Positions 52,241 to 63,110 of a stretch of DNA of 64,000 nucleotides are shown here, piece after piece (the stretch's first letter is position 1; every line of letters begins with the position of its first letter). The stretch lies in NCBI RefSeq assembly GCF_009834535.1, contig NC_045696.1, forward strand, positions 93,002,001-93,066,000. Direction: 5' to 3'. Made by a program: the position numbers and the translations under genes. The DNA comes from Camelus ferus. Its lineage: Eukaryota. The notes beneath the pieces are model-generated. The model saw only the letters and a program-made list of their open reading frames with translations. It had not been told where the DNA came from and made no database searches.

Positions 52241-53311
52241 CAAGTGAGAAATGCACGCTAATTTTAGAAATGGCTAAATGTGTGATTTGAGAAGTCTGTT
52301 CCCTGAAGAGTATCAGACAGAAAACCCTGCAGTGGAATTTCCCCTATATATCTGTCTTAGTGACATGGAATCATTCAGGTACTTTCAAAAAATCATATAT
52401 AGGTTTTAAAAGACAAGGAAGATTAAAACATTGCTTTTGAGTTAGACTTAAGGCAGAATTAAGCATTTTTTTTTTTTGCATTATCTGTATAATTCAGTCT
52501 ATTAGGCAACTTGCATTAAAAATACATGAATCTTGTGGGGATATTTTATAGTCTTATTGTAGGTTAAAGTCTACACAGTTTTCTTTTTCTTTTCTTTTCT
52601 TAGTATAACCAGAGCAAAGCTATAAGATGGACATTTTAAAAATCCTATTTGTAGCAATGAAGAATTTGAACCAGATTAACTTGCCCCCAGATCACATAGT
52701 TAAAGAATAACATCAAGAAAGCTCAACCCAAGGCGGCCTGACTCTTTTTTGACCACCAAGTTGCTACCCGTTGGTCTTGTCATATAATGCTGCTAATTTA
52801 AATGGCTACAGAGTAAGTCATTGCCACATGATCTGATTACAAATGCCCAGTCCCTGGAGGAGCATGTGTCTCCACTAATATATCATTCATGTGGGAAAAA
52901 AATCAGATAAATTTTACACTTATTGGCAGAAAAATACTCTTATGAAAAGCAAAGCTCGTGTAGTTTTACTTTCCTGGGGGTGGGGGTGGGGATAAAAATA
53001 AGAATTTAGAGGGAAAGAATAGAAATAATGAAGATAATTTTTGTGTGTAGTTTTGAGTGGGTGGCAAACTTCTCCTATTGTCACTGGTTTGCAAGTACAT
53101 CAATAAGTTACATCTTTCAGAGAATTTTATCTTAAGGAAAGGGAGGTGGGAGGCTACATTTGTGTGCTTTTATTGATTAAAAAAATTCCAAGGTGCATCA
53201 TTGAAGTATTTTAGAATTTAATATTTCCAGAAATTTCTAAATAAAATGAGTTGGGGAAAAATTATTTTTAGTGTTTAGAGCTCTTCCTTTTAGGACAAGT
53301 TAATATTTTAC

Positions 53312-53487
53312 CCAGCTATGATAAATATACAAAATTGACATAAACCAGCCCAGTCAGAAGCCAAGAGAACAATAATTTTCTAATACTATCAGCTTCCCCC
53401 AAACTCAGTGTTCTTTCCTTGGAATGTTAAGTTCCTCCAATTTCAAAAACCAGTAAGCTTCAGAGGTTCTCTGAGACCCTTCTCTAC
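53312..53487 (-). pseudogene. Candidate relic exon (176 nt, phase 1 to 0)
   Basis: Acceptor cccctttctgacag and donor TGG|gtaaaa. The frame has two stops and ends ILYIYHSW, joining the next exon as SWEEI (compare ERM F3 FPWSEI). Confidence 0.35.
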
Positions 53488-53601
53488 CTGTCAGAAAGGG
53501 GAATGAGCATTTTAAAATATTGCATCTGCTTTATCTGTATTAGACTTGTGGGGGAAGATTGGAATCAAGACATTGGAGGAGGGCGAGGTGATGGATAAAT
53601 G

Positions 53602-53840
53602 CTCATTAAAGTAGTGGAAATGATGCCCAGTGATCTTTAACCCCAGGATCTGAATGTGTTTCCTTGACTGTGTAAAAGCTAATTCCCTCTCCAGGGAGAT
53701 AGGATTGAATTTTCTGATAGTGCTGAATCTGCTTGGCTGAAAAAATTTTAAAAACATTTTCTGTTTTCTTGTGTGCTCCTGCCAAAAGTATAAGGTAATC
53801 TGTTCTGCTTCATTGGTATGCTCGACTTTAAAATATCCTT
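53602..53840 (-). pseudogene. Relic segment encoding end of F2 and start of F3
   Basis: 53776-53660 reads AHKKTENVFKIFSAKQIQHYQKIQSYLPGEGISFYTVKE without a stop. Compare talin AHKNCGQMSEIEAKVRYVKLARSLKTYGVSFFLVKE and kindlin AHQNV..WQSLPEFGLTYYLVR. A shifted frame then gives QILGLKITGHHFHYFNE. Confidence 0.6.
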
Positions 53841-53874
53841 CAAGTGTTAAGATGAAATGTGTTTTATTACCTAC

Positions 53875-55425
53875 TTATTTTTTTTCAAGAAAGAAGTTGA
53901 CTTCTTTGTAGAAGTTGGTAAGATGATTATAAAATTCATATGGAATGGCAAGGACCCAGATTAGCCAAAACAATCTTGAAAAAGAAGAACAGAGTTGGAG
54001 GATGTACACTTCCTGATTTCAAACTTACTACAAAACAATGGTAATCATGACAGTGTAGCACTGGTATAAGGTTAGGTCTATTGATCACTGGAATGGAATT
54101 GAGAGTCTAGAAATAAACCCACACATCTATGGCTAACTGAGTTTTGAGAAGGCACCAAGACCATCCAATGTGGAAAGAAAAGTCTTTTTAATCGGTGGTT
54201 CTGTGACAACTGGAAAGTCACATGTAAAATGAAGTCAAAACCTTACCTCACATCATATGCAAAAATTAACTAAAAATGGATCAAAGACCTAAATGTAAAA
54301 GCTAGAACTACAAAATTCTTAGAAAAAAACACAGGGGTAAACTTTCAGAACCTTGGATTTGGCAAGGATTCTTAGATAAGATACTAAAAACACCAGCAAC
54401 CAAATTAAAAATAGATAAATGGGACTTCATCAAATTTAAAAACTAGTTTTCTTGAAGGGTCACCATCAAGAAAGTGAAAACACTTTCTTCCCCCAAAATG
54501 GGAGAAGATACTTGCAAATTATATATCTGATAAGAAGTATCTAGCATATATAAAGAGCTTTTAAACTTCAATAATAAAAACCCAAATAACCTAACTAAAA
54601 ATGGGCAAAGGAGCTGACAGACATTTCCCCAAGGAAGATATATAAATAGCCAATAAGCACATGGAAAGATGTTCAATATTACTAGTCGTTAGGGAAATGC
54701 AAATCAAAAGCACCATGAGATAGCACTTCATACCCACTAGGATGGCTAGAATAAAAATCAGATAATAATCAATGTTGGTGGGGTTGTAGAGAATTCAGAA
54801 CCCTCAGCCACAGCTGGTGGGAATGTAAAATGGTGAAGCAACCTTGAAAAACAGTCTAGCAGTTCCTCAAATGATTGAACACAAGAGTTACCACATGACC
54901 CAGAACTTCCACTCCCAGGTATAGACCCAGAAGAAATGAAAACATGCCTACAAGAAAAGCTGGTACACAAATGTTTATTGCAGCATTCTTCTTAATCACC
55001 AAAAGATGGAAACAGTCTATGTGTCCATCAACTGATGAATGGATAAAAAAATGTGGCACATACCTGCATAGAATGTAATATTATTCAGCATTAAAAAGGA
55101 ATGAAGTACTGATACATGCTACAACATGTATGAATGTTGAAAACATTATAGGTGAACAAAGCCAGTGTTTAAGACACCATATAATCTATGACTCCATTCA
55201 TACGAAATATCTACAGAGACAGAAAGTAGATAAGTTGTTGCTTAGGGCTGGGAGTGGACTGGAGTGGTGGGGGATGATAACTAAAGAGTTTCTTTTAGAG
55301 GTGATAAAAATGTTCTAAAACTGACCATGGTGATGATAGCACTTACCTGTAAATATACTAAAAATCATTCAATTCTACACTTTAAATGGGTGAATTGTTT
55401 GCTATGTGAACTATTATCTCAAAAA
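53875..55425 (+). mobile_element. Old L1 (L1MB/MC-like) ORF2 end and 3' UTR
   Basis: aaaattcatatggaatggcaagg, aaatgcaaatcaaaag and tgtccatcaactgatgaatggataaa motifs. Confidence 0.9.
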
Positions 55426-55665
55426 GACACACCGACATTGGTAATTTTTGGAATTTAATCAGTTCTTTCTACATACATATGTATATATGCATATATATAT
55501 ATATATATATGTACATGTGCATATATATGTTTGTTTTATAAGATTTGGCTTTATTATAAGGAGACTATTTGACAGAGAGAGTATTAACAGATTTAGTTAC
55601 ATTTAACCTACATAAATAGGACAATTTTGCCCTACAAAAATAGAACGAAAGTGGATTATGCTACT

Positions 55666-56448
55666 TTCAACACTGCCTCTTGGTGTTGATAAATGAGACA
55701 TTTCTCAGAATATCCCCGGGCTAGTCTTCCTGGCAGGTCCTCCATCACCTCACACCCGCGTAACAATTCTCACTGTGTTCCGCTCCACCTTGTACATCAC
55801 TGCGCGCTTACTCTTTGCGAGACGCTGCTTTCTTTGTCCCGCTGTGCCAGGGTATTTTTTCCTATCACCTTTCCAAGCTTTCTCCTCCAGAGCTCTACTT
55901 GGAGGCCAAATACGACCTTTTGAGGCGCCGGGACTAAGGAGAAGATGGCGCCACACACCCCTCATCTCTCATCTTATATAATTCAAAATAAAGCATCACT
56001 CATCCCTCAAAGGTACAAGTCACATTGATGTTGAAATGAAAATAGCCCCTCTTTAGAATTTTGGCTTGCAAAGTTCTAGATAAACTTGGTGAAGTTTAAA
56101 ATTGCTCCTTTCTTGGGGCCTCTGCGGTGCTCGTGCCCTAAGCCAGTGCTTAGTTCGCGTCTTAGATCATGCACCTTAGTTTGCAGAGCTGATTTCCAAC
56201 CTCAGTGGCCTCGTCGCCTCCTCCCTCCTCACCTTCCTCCTCCACCCTCAGCCCCACTCTTTCCCCAGCAAGTGCTCCTTCTGGTCTCCACCACACACTT
56301 GTCTTTGGTTCTCACCTGGGCTGTGAGCTGAATGCCAGAAGTTCCCTAAGGCCCAGCCCAAAGCGTGCCTCTTCCACAGAAACACTTCCAACCCCACGTT
56401 GGCCATGCCAGAATCAGTATGTGTTCTGTTTTTGTTCATTATCAATAA
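55666..56448 (-). pseudogene. Relic segment encoding F1, start of F2 and PH-like insert (frameshifted)
   Basis: Acceptor ttttccaagttttcag, phase 1, matching the preceding exon and giving KI-L-IDNEQK. Motifs in order: EEARFGLGLRELLAFS, KTRTKHW, KLHQVYLE (56097-56074), LQAKILKRGYFHFNINVTCTFEG (56071-56003), VMYKVERNTVRI, LLRGCEVMEDL (55766-55734). Internal exon boundaries are unresolved. Confidence 0.55.
55942..55952 (+). promoter_or_regulatory. YY1-like motif in a locally CpG-enriched patch
   Basis: AAGATGGCGCC; about 12 CpGs counted in 55750-55960. Confidence 0.35.
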
Positions 56449-56500
56449 CTGAAAACTTGGAAAAACCAGGTGGCTTTCTATAATACAAGTCAAGATCTCT

Positions 56501-56642
56501 CTCTCCCTTTTTGTGGGAGGGGAGGTAATTAGGTTGTTTGTTTGTTTATTTGTTTGTTTATTTAATGGAGGTGCTGGGGATTGAACCCAGGACTTTGTAC
56601 ATGGTAAGCATGCACTCTACCACTGAGCTATATCCTCCCCAC
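56501..56642 (-). mobile_element. Vic-1-like SINE
   Basis: ggggattgaacccagg...ctctaccactgagctata; TSD caagatctct. Confidence 0.9.
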
Positions 56643-56971
56643 CAAGATCTCTTTTTAAATAGTCAATTTTAGAGACTTTATGTCTGAAGGACATAAACAT
56701 TGCAAATATTGTTTAGCAAAACCCAGGGAAAAAAATCAAGAAAGGTTTTCTTTTACAGCTCTCCCTGAATGACACGTGGCTTGATAGAACAATACATTTT
56801 AGACTGATAGTGTTTGGCAGAGCTTTCTGAAGGAAATACTGTTGACTCGTGTACAATGAATAATTTTTACATTAAGGTTCACAGCTGACTTATCTGATGT
56901 TTCTATTTGCTCAGACACATTAGCAAATATAAAAATGAAAAATATTGGCATACAATGAAAAGAGTATTTTT

Positions 56972-57077
56972 TTATTGATTTATAATCATTTTACAATGTT
57001 GTGTCAAATTCCAGTGTAGAGCACAATTTTTCAGTTATACATGAACATATATATATTCATTGTCATATTTTTTTTCT
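56972..57077 (-). mobile_element. Young L1 3' terminal fragment
   Basis: Exact 16-bp TSD tgaaaagagtattttt at 56956-56971 and 57078-57093. Confidence 0.85.
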
Positions 57078-57269
57078 TGAAAAGAGTATTTTTAATCTAG
57101 TACTTTTATTAGAAACACATTCTTGCTTTTTAAAACAGAAAAGCCACTTATTCTACATTTACAACAGAATCATTCAAGCCATAAAGCATCAGAAAAAGCA
57201 TTCAGAAGGAATAAAAAATGATTGGCAAATAGGATTCCAACTGCATTCACATTATATGTTCTAACTCAT

Positions 57270-57789
57270 GAATTTTCTGATTTTGTGTAAAGGCCATTTT
57301 TCTTTCATCAGTTCTTCCCACAGACATAAGAAGTTTTTGGTGGGGAGAGTACAGTTATCCACACTTAAGAAATTTTTTTGTAATTTATTTAATTTTTTAA
57401 TTGAAGTATAGTTGACTTACAATGTTTCAGGTATACAAAAAAGTGATTCAGTTATATATATGTATTCTTTTCAGATTCCTTTCCATCATAGGTTATTATA
57501 AGATGTTGAATATAGTTCCCTGTGCTATACAGTAGGTCCTTGTTTATTTTATTTACCTTATACACTTAAGAAATTTTGAATGTGACATTCCTGTCTTCCA
57601 ATTTTTTATGATTGGCTTTTCAGTCTCTGCCACAGGCATGGTATGTGATGCCAGGAATCGATCAAGTTGTGGCTGAGAAAAAAAAGAAAAAGAGGAAAAT
57701 AAAACCTACTCTGTCTTGGTGCTTGTTATAGTGAAAATAGCAGGCGTTGAACTATTTGTCAGTGGAGGTGCCAGTTAACTCATTGCCAT
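57270..57789 (-). pseudogene. Relic exon, F0-like subdomain, interrupted by an L1 fragment
   Basis: With the 57377-57561 insert and one TSD copy removed, one frame reads PQLDRFLASHTMPVAETEKPIIKNWKTGMSHSKFLKCG*LYSPHQKLLMSVGRTDERKMAFTQNQKI. It loosely resembles talin F0 (FEPSTMVYDACRIIRE..GLFLS..WLEAGK). An in-frame ATG at 57789 or the pyrimidine-tract AG at 57674-57673 could open it. It ends at a donor-like ATGAGT in phase 1. Confidence 0.45.
57377..57561 (-). mobile_element. L1 3' fragment inserted in the F0-like relic exon
   Basis: Exact 16-bp TSD acacttaagaaatttt at 57361-57376 and 57562-57577. Confidence 0.9.
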
Positions 57790-58229
57790 GTGCTCCAGGA
57801 TTTCTAGTCTACTTTAATATATTCCCTGTAGATAATATGAAATTGATGTGTGTTAGTTAATACAAATTTTAAGTCTAGGAGCAGAGATTTGCCCCCCTGG
57901 GGAATCCACACATCAGGGGTGAACCACTGCTAGACTATAGCAGACTCATATCAGACATACTACCATCACTATTATTGGTATCTTGATCAAACCAAGGGTG
58001 TGGTAATTAGATATTTCATCAGAATTGAACGTCAGAACTGTGATATTGATAAACATGGGGATTGGTTGACTGTATGTGTTAGAAATGGGCTCCCCTTTGT
58101 GAAGTCTGAGGTAGTCAAAATAAGAGGATTGGCTCTCCCTCTTGCATGAACAAGGTATAAAAACTAGGGGAAGCCTGTAGTCTGTGTTCTTAGAAAAGGC
58201 ACCCCGGGCTCATCCCCTAAATGATCCTA

Positions 58230-58244
58230 TATATATGGAATTTA

Positions 58245-58277
<33 letters not shown>

Positions 58278-58828
58278 TCCATCCTACATATGTACCTTGT
58301 TGTTTATCTATTTTATATACAGTACTTTGTATCTGCTAATCCCAAACTCCTAATTTATCCCTCCCCACCTTCCCCCTGGTAACCGTAAGTTTGTTTTCTA
58401 TGTCTGTGAGTCTGTCTCTGTTTTGTAAATTAGCTCACTTGTGTCATTTTTTTAGATTCCACATATAAGTGATATATGGTATTTTTCTTTCTCTTTCTGG
58501 CTTACTTTACTTAGTATGACAATCTCTAGGTTCATCCATGTTGCTGCAAATGGAATTATTTTATTCTTTTTTATGGCTCAGTAGTATTCCATTGTATATA
58601 TATATGTATGTATATATATATATGCCACAACTTCTTCATCCAGTCATCTGTTGATGGACACTTAAGTTGCTTCTATGTCTTGGCTATTGTAAATAGTGCT
58701 GCTATGAACTTTGGGGTGCATGTATCTTTTCGATTTAGAGTTTTCTCTGGATATATGCCCAGGAGTGGGATTGCTGGATCATAGGGTAACTCTATTTTTA
58801 GTTTTTTAAGGAATATCCATACTGTTTG
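58230..58828 (-). mobile_element. L1 3' fragment with (TA)n/(CA)n
   Basis: atcccaaactcctaatttatccctcccc and gggattgctggatcata motifs. Confidence 0.85.
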
Positions 58829-59339
58829 TCCTATCGTTTTAAGAGGATTCTGGTTGCTTGATGATGCCTAAAAGGTAACAGAATCTTGCCAACAGAATCT
58901 TGCCTCTGAAATGTCATTGTGTTTGCCTCAAGTGAACTTGTCAGGTAACTTACGAGGGATCCACGGAGCTGGAATTTCTCTGAACTTACATGGCTTATCA
59001 GAGCTGTTTTGTGGGGCTTGCTAATGAATGTTTGCTCATCTCATACCTGCACATATTCCCCTTTGCTTTTGTTATAGCCTTAAATAGAAAGAGTGTGGGG
59101 CAGTGATTCACCCACATTTACCTCGAACTGCTCTACAAATCATTGGTATCTACCAAAAAGGAGAGTTGTACATGACAATGTTCCTAACGTAGTTAGTATT
59201 AAACCTGTAGTTGCTAAATACATGAGTTGAGGGCATGTGTGTCATTTTATCAATCAGTGCTGCTGGTTTGCTGGACTGGATTGCATTTTGGCATAACCTA
59301 ACTATACAACATGCTAGACAATGAAATTATGGGGAAAAA

Positions 59340-59780
59340 AAAAAGGTAGACCAGGGAAAGAAGAACCAGTCAGGGTAGTTGGGTCCTGTGGGGTCTTATC
59401 AGTATTGTAAGAATTTTGTCTTTTTCTTTGCGAGAAATAGGGAGCTATCGCTGGTTTTTGAGCAGGGGAGTGACATAATCTGATTTACGTTAGGTTCATT
59501 CTGATTGTTGGATTGAAAATAGTCTTGGGAAGCTGGGTTGGAAGCAGGTTCACTAGTTAGGAGGCTGTTGCAGGAATCCAGGCAGAGAGGACAGAGGGAG
59601 CATTAGGGCATTGTTGCATCTTGATCTATTTTACATTAAGAGCTTCCTAGATTTGCTGGGTTGGATTGGATGGGAGGTGTGTGAAAGGAAAGGAGCCAGC
59701 AATGACCCAAGTGTTTGGCTTGAACATTTGGAAAATGGAATTTCCATCAGCTAAGAAATAGGAGATTGGCTAGGGTGGGT
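59340..59780 (-). mobile_element. L2 fragment
   Basis: ttttgagcaggggagtgacataatctgattt...gttaggaggctgttgca. Confidence 0.7.
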
Positions 59781-60409
59781 TTGAAAACAAAAATGTGAGA
59801 ATATCTTGTAATTTATGGATTGCTATAAAACTATGGAGTATGGCCTGTTTACAAACTCTATATAATTTAGCACGTGTTTAGTATAGAGTGTTGCTTTTTG
59901 CCCAACTAGTCTTAGGTAAATTTCCTGGTTTCTAATGATCACACCACACACCACACAAGACATCTGTTTTCACTTGTCATCTGAGTGCTTCCCCGGCCTC
60001 CTGCCTGGTCTGGTCTAACACAGTGCTGAGGTGAGATTGTTTCGAAGATGGCAATCACCAAGTTTGCACTTGTTGACTAGTGAGGAAGCTTGCCATCTGC
60101 TTGGCTCATGAAATCACTTAAAATGCAAAATGCGGTTTCTGTTACCAGTTAGCCTCTAACAGTCATCAGTAACCTGAGATGTTTATTGAGATTAGAGTTC
60201 CTTGGGTCTGATCTGCCAGGCTCTGATTCACTTTATAGATTTCTCTTTCTTGGAGACTTCACAGCATACCTTTTGGTGCCAAAGAGATACATGTTATATT
60301 TCACATTAGTGGGGAGTTGTGAGGTGGGGTGTGCCTTCCAGCTACTAAGAAGGGGAAGAAAAGAAACTCTTCAAAACATGGTATTTCTGTTTACTTAAAA
60401 AATAAATAA

Positions 60410-61740
60410 CATACTTTCCTTCCAGTCATGATGCTGTAATAGGAACTGGATTCAATCTTCAACATAAAAAAAAAAAGGGAAAGTCAGATAAAATATGTGA
60501 AACAAGAGTTTCCATGAGTTGGCTAAGAGGCAGTACAGGACTCTGACCTTCGAGAAAAGGACAGTCAAATCAGTAAGACGAGCTCTACAACTGACCCAGC
60601 TCTCTGCCCGAAGGCAGTTTCCAGGTTGCAGAGCCCAGAAGTCCGGCTGAGTTGAAGAGATAGAAATCGGAGTTTTGAGAGACGAGGTGGCTAGAATTTG
60701 TGGGCTGGAATACCAGAGAAGAGAGAGCTACGGGGAGAGTCCCTGAGGCCGATGGATGGGTCCTCTCTGGTCTTTGGGCTAGCCCTGATCTGCACATGCC
60801 AGAGAAGAGGCTCCCTGAGGCTGGGGAAAGACCCTCAGACAGCAGTTAGTCAAACATTTCCAGGAGCTCACGCTGGGCTGGGAAGAGTTCACGTTCCCAT
60901 CAGCCAGAGCAGTGAGGGCTTGTAGGACCTGGGCACTGAGTCAAGTTCGAAGAACGGTGTTAACCCTAGACTAATAGTTTCTTCTGACCCAGCCCGATGA
61001 ACTTTGAAAGCATGAAACTGTGCCTAAGTAACTTAATTGATGAAACTGTTCCTAAGTAAGTTAATTGCATGCCTGAACCAAGTCCAGTACTCCTTAACCA
61101 GTACCCAAACATGCAAAATTCACAACATCCAGCATCCAATCCAAACTGGCAACTTAATATTTGTTTCCTAGGGCAGCTGGTGCAAAGGAACACAAACTAG
61201 GCTGCTTACGTAAACAACAGTAATGGATTCTCTCACAGCTCTAGAGGCTACGAGTATGGAATCAAGGTGTCAGCCGGGCTGTGCTCCCTCTAAGACTCTG
61301 GGTAGACTCTCCCTGGCCAGTTCTGAGCTGCTGGTGGTGTCTTTAATCCTTGGCTTTCAGCTGCGTCATTCCAGTCTCTGCCTCTGTCCCATGATGTTCT
61401 CCTTGTGTTTCTGTCCTCTCCTCTTATAAGGACACCAGTCATACCGGGTTAAGGGTCCACCCTTATCCAGTACATCCTTACCTTACCTGATTACATCTGC
61501 CACACCCCTGTTCCTAAATAAGATCACATTCCGAGGTACCAGGGGTTAGGACTTCAACATATCTTACTGGGAGACAAAATTCAGCCCATAATACCAGGCA
61601 TGCAAAGAAATGGGAAAAATAAGACCTAGAACTGGGAGAAAAATCAGTCGGTAGAAACTGAGTAGGAACCGTTGAGATGATGGAATCAGCAGATACAGAT
61701 GCTACCCCCGCTATAATAAAAATGCCCCATACGCTCTGCT
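60410..61740 (+). mobile_element. Old L1 5' region fragment split by an MLT1C LTR (about 61160-61595, minus)
   Basis: aaaattcacaacatccagcatccaat...ccaggcatgcaaagaa continuity across the LTR; cttataaggacaccagtcat LTR motif. Confidence 0.65.
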
Positions 61741-61869
61741 GTGGATAGTTTTATTGCTATGTGTTCTTTTGGATTAATTATTTTTATAGATTTCCATTAA
61801 TTTCTGTAATAGCATAAAGAACAAAGATAAATACTATAAATCATAAAGTAACTGTAAAAAAAATCTCTG

Positions 61870-62020
61870 AATGCACTTCATGGACATTTTCAGAACTGCT
61901 TCTTCATCTCTAAAATGGAAGTAATCTTTACCTCCCAGATAAGTTGCAGTAATCAAACGAAATTTTTATAACTTATCTGGTACATAATTAACTCTTAATA
62001 AATAGTGGCAATTATTGTTA
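61870..62020 (+). mobile_element. MIR
   Basis: ttcttcatctctaaaatgg...tggtacataatta. Confidence 0.6.
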
Positions 62021-62711
62021 GTAAAGCTCGAGGCCATGACAAAATAATTACAGGTCAAATGATTACAGACGTATGATGGATGAGGCCGAACACAATCAGT
62101 GCAATTATTATGGTTTTGCTTTATTGCTTTTGGTAAGAACTTTACTAATTCAGACAAGTTGGGATAGGGAAAAAGTCAAGTCTAACTGATGAGCAGTCTT
62201 AATTACAGACTGTTTTTGAGGAAATGGTTTTTGGTTACTTTTAGCTTCATGCAGTAATTAGAACCAGGCTACAAATTCTTACCTAGTATATATCCTTAAG
62301 GGACTGGCTTTAATGATTAATTAAAATGATTTTCATTAACATCACAAAGCTTTCACTTGCTATAAAAGGTTTCTTTTCATAAGCAGTTCGTTTTCTTTAG
62401 CACTAGAATAACTCCTATTGGAATGATTTGACCGGCATCAACCACATGGCAATTCCTTCCGTGGCTCCAGGTATCAGCAAAGAGGCGCCAGCTGGGAGCT
62501 AGAGCCTTGGCTGTTGGAGCGTCCTGTCCTGGGGAGCATTCCTGGGAGGGCACAGCCTCTGGTGCTACCACTCCTTTCCTGTTGTTCCCCCACCTGCGGT
62601 GGTAGCTGCTGCCTGCAATGACTAATATCTGGGTTATGTCGGCGTGCTATTTTTCGCTCTTTTAGTGTTCCAACAACCACATAACCAAGTCTTGGAGTTA
62701 AATCCCCTCTA

Positions 62712-63000
62712 TTTTATTTTGTTAATTTTAAAATTGAAGTATAGTTGATTTACAATATGTTAGTTTCTGGTGTACAGCATAGTGATTCATTTATACATGT
62801 GTATATTCCTTTTCATATTCTTTTTCATTATAGGCCATGACAAGATATTGAATATAGTTCCCTGTGCTATACAATAGGACCCTGTTGCTTATCTATTTTA
62901 TATATAGTAGTTAGTATCTACAAATCTCGGACTCCCAGTTTAATCCCTTTCCACCTTTTCCCCCATGGTAACTGTAAGTTTGTTTTCTGTGTGAGTCTGT
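62712..63000 (-). mobile_element. L1 3' fragment (inside an old LTR16/33-like element at about 62370-63165)
   Basis: ttgaagtatagttgatttacaa...gttccctgtgctatac. Confidence 0.85.
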
Positions 63001-63011
63001 CAACACATTTC

Positions 63012-63110
63012 TTTTTTTTTTTTTTTTTAAATGTAGGTATGGGGAATTGAACTCAGGACCTTGTGCATGCTAAGCACGTGCTCTACCATTGAGCTATTAC
63101 CCTTCCCCCT
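63012..63110 (-). mobile_element. Vic-1-like SINE
   Basis: Poly-T then gggaattgaactcaggacc...ctctaccattgagcta. Confidence 0.85.

Larger units (their letters stand above)
17480..57789 (-). pseudogene. Decayed multi-exon gene (putative unitary pseudogene): talin/kindlin-like FERM head with PH-like insert plus long low-complexity C-terminal tail
   Basis: Ordered minus-strand segments resembling F0, F1, F2, PH, F2/F3 and F3 at 57.8-52.0 kb. These are followed by 14 phase-compatible exons at 48.3-17.6 kb, a terminal TAG and AATAAA. Many in-frame stops, frameshifts and an exonic L1 insertion. Confidence 0.62.

Noticed and set aside
52050..57789. Naming the relic as TLN1/TLN2 or FERMT1-3, or as their processed pseudogene
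   Set aside because: Similarity is motif-level only, introns are present, and the tail resembles neither the talin rod nor a kindlin end.
17565..57789. Calling the minus-strand gene an intact CDS
   Set aside because: Multiple stops, frameshifts and an exonic L1 insert are too many to be assembly errors.
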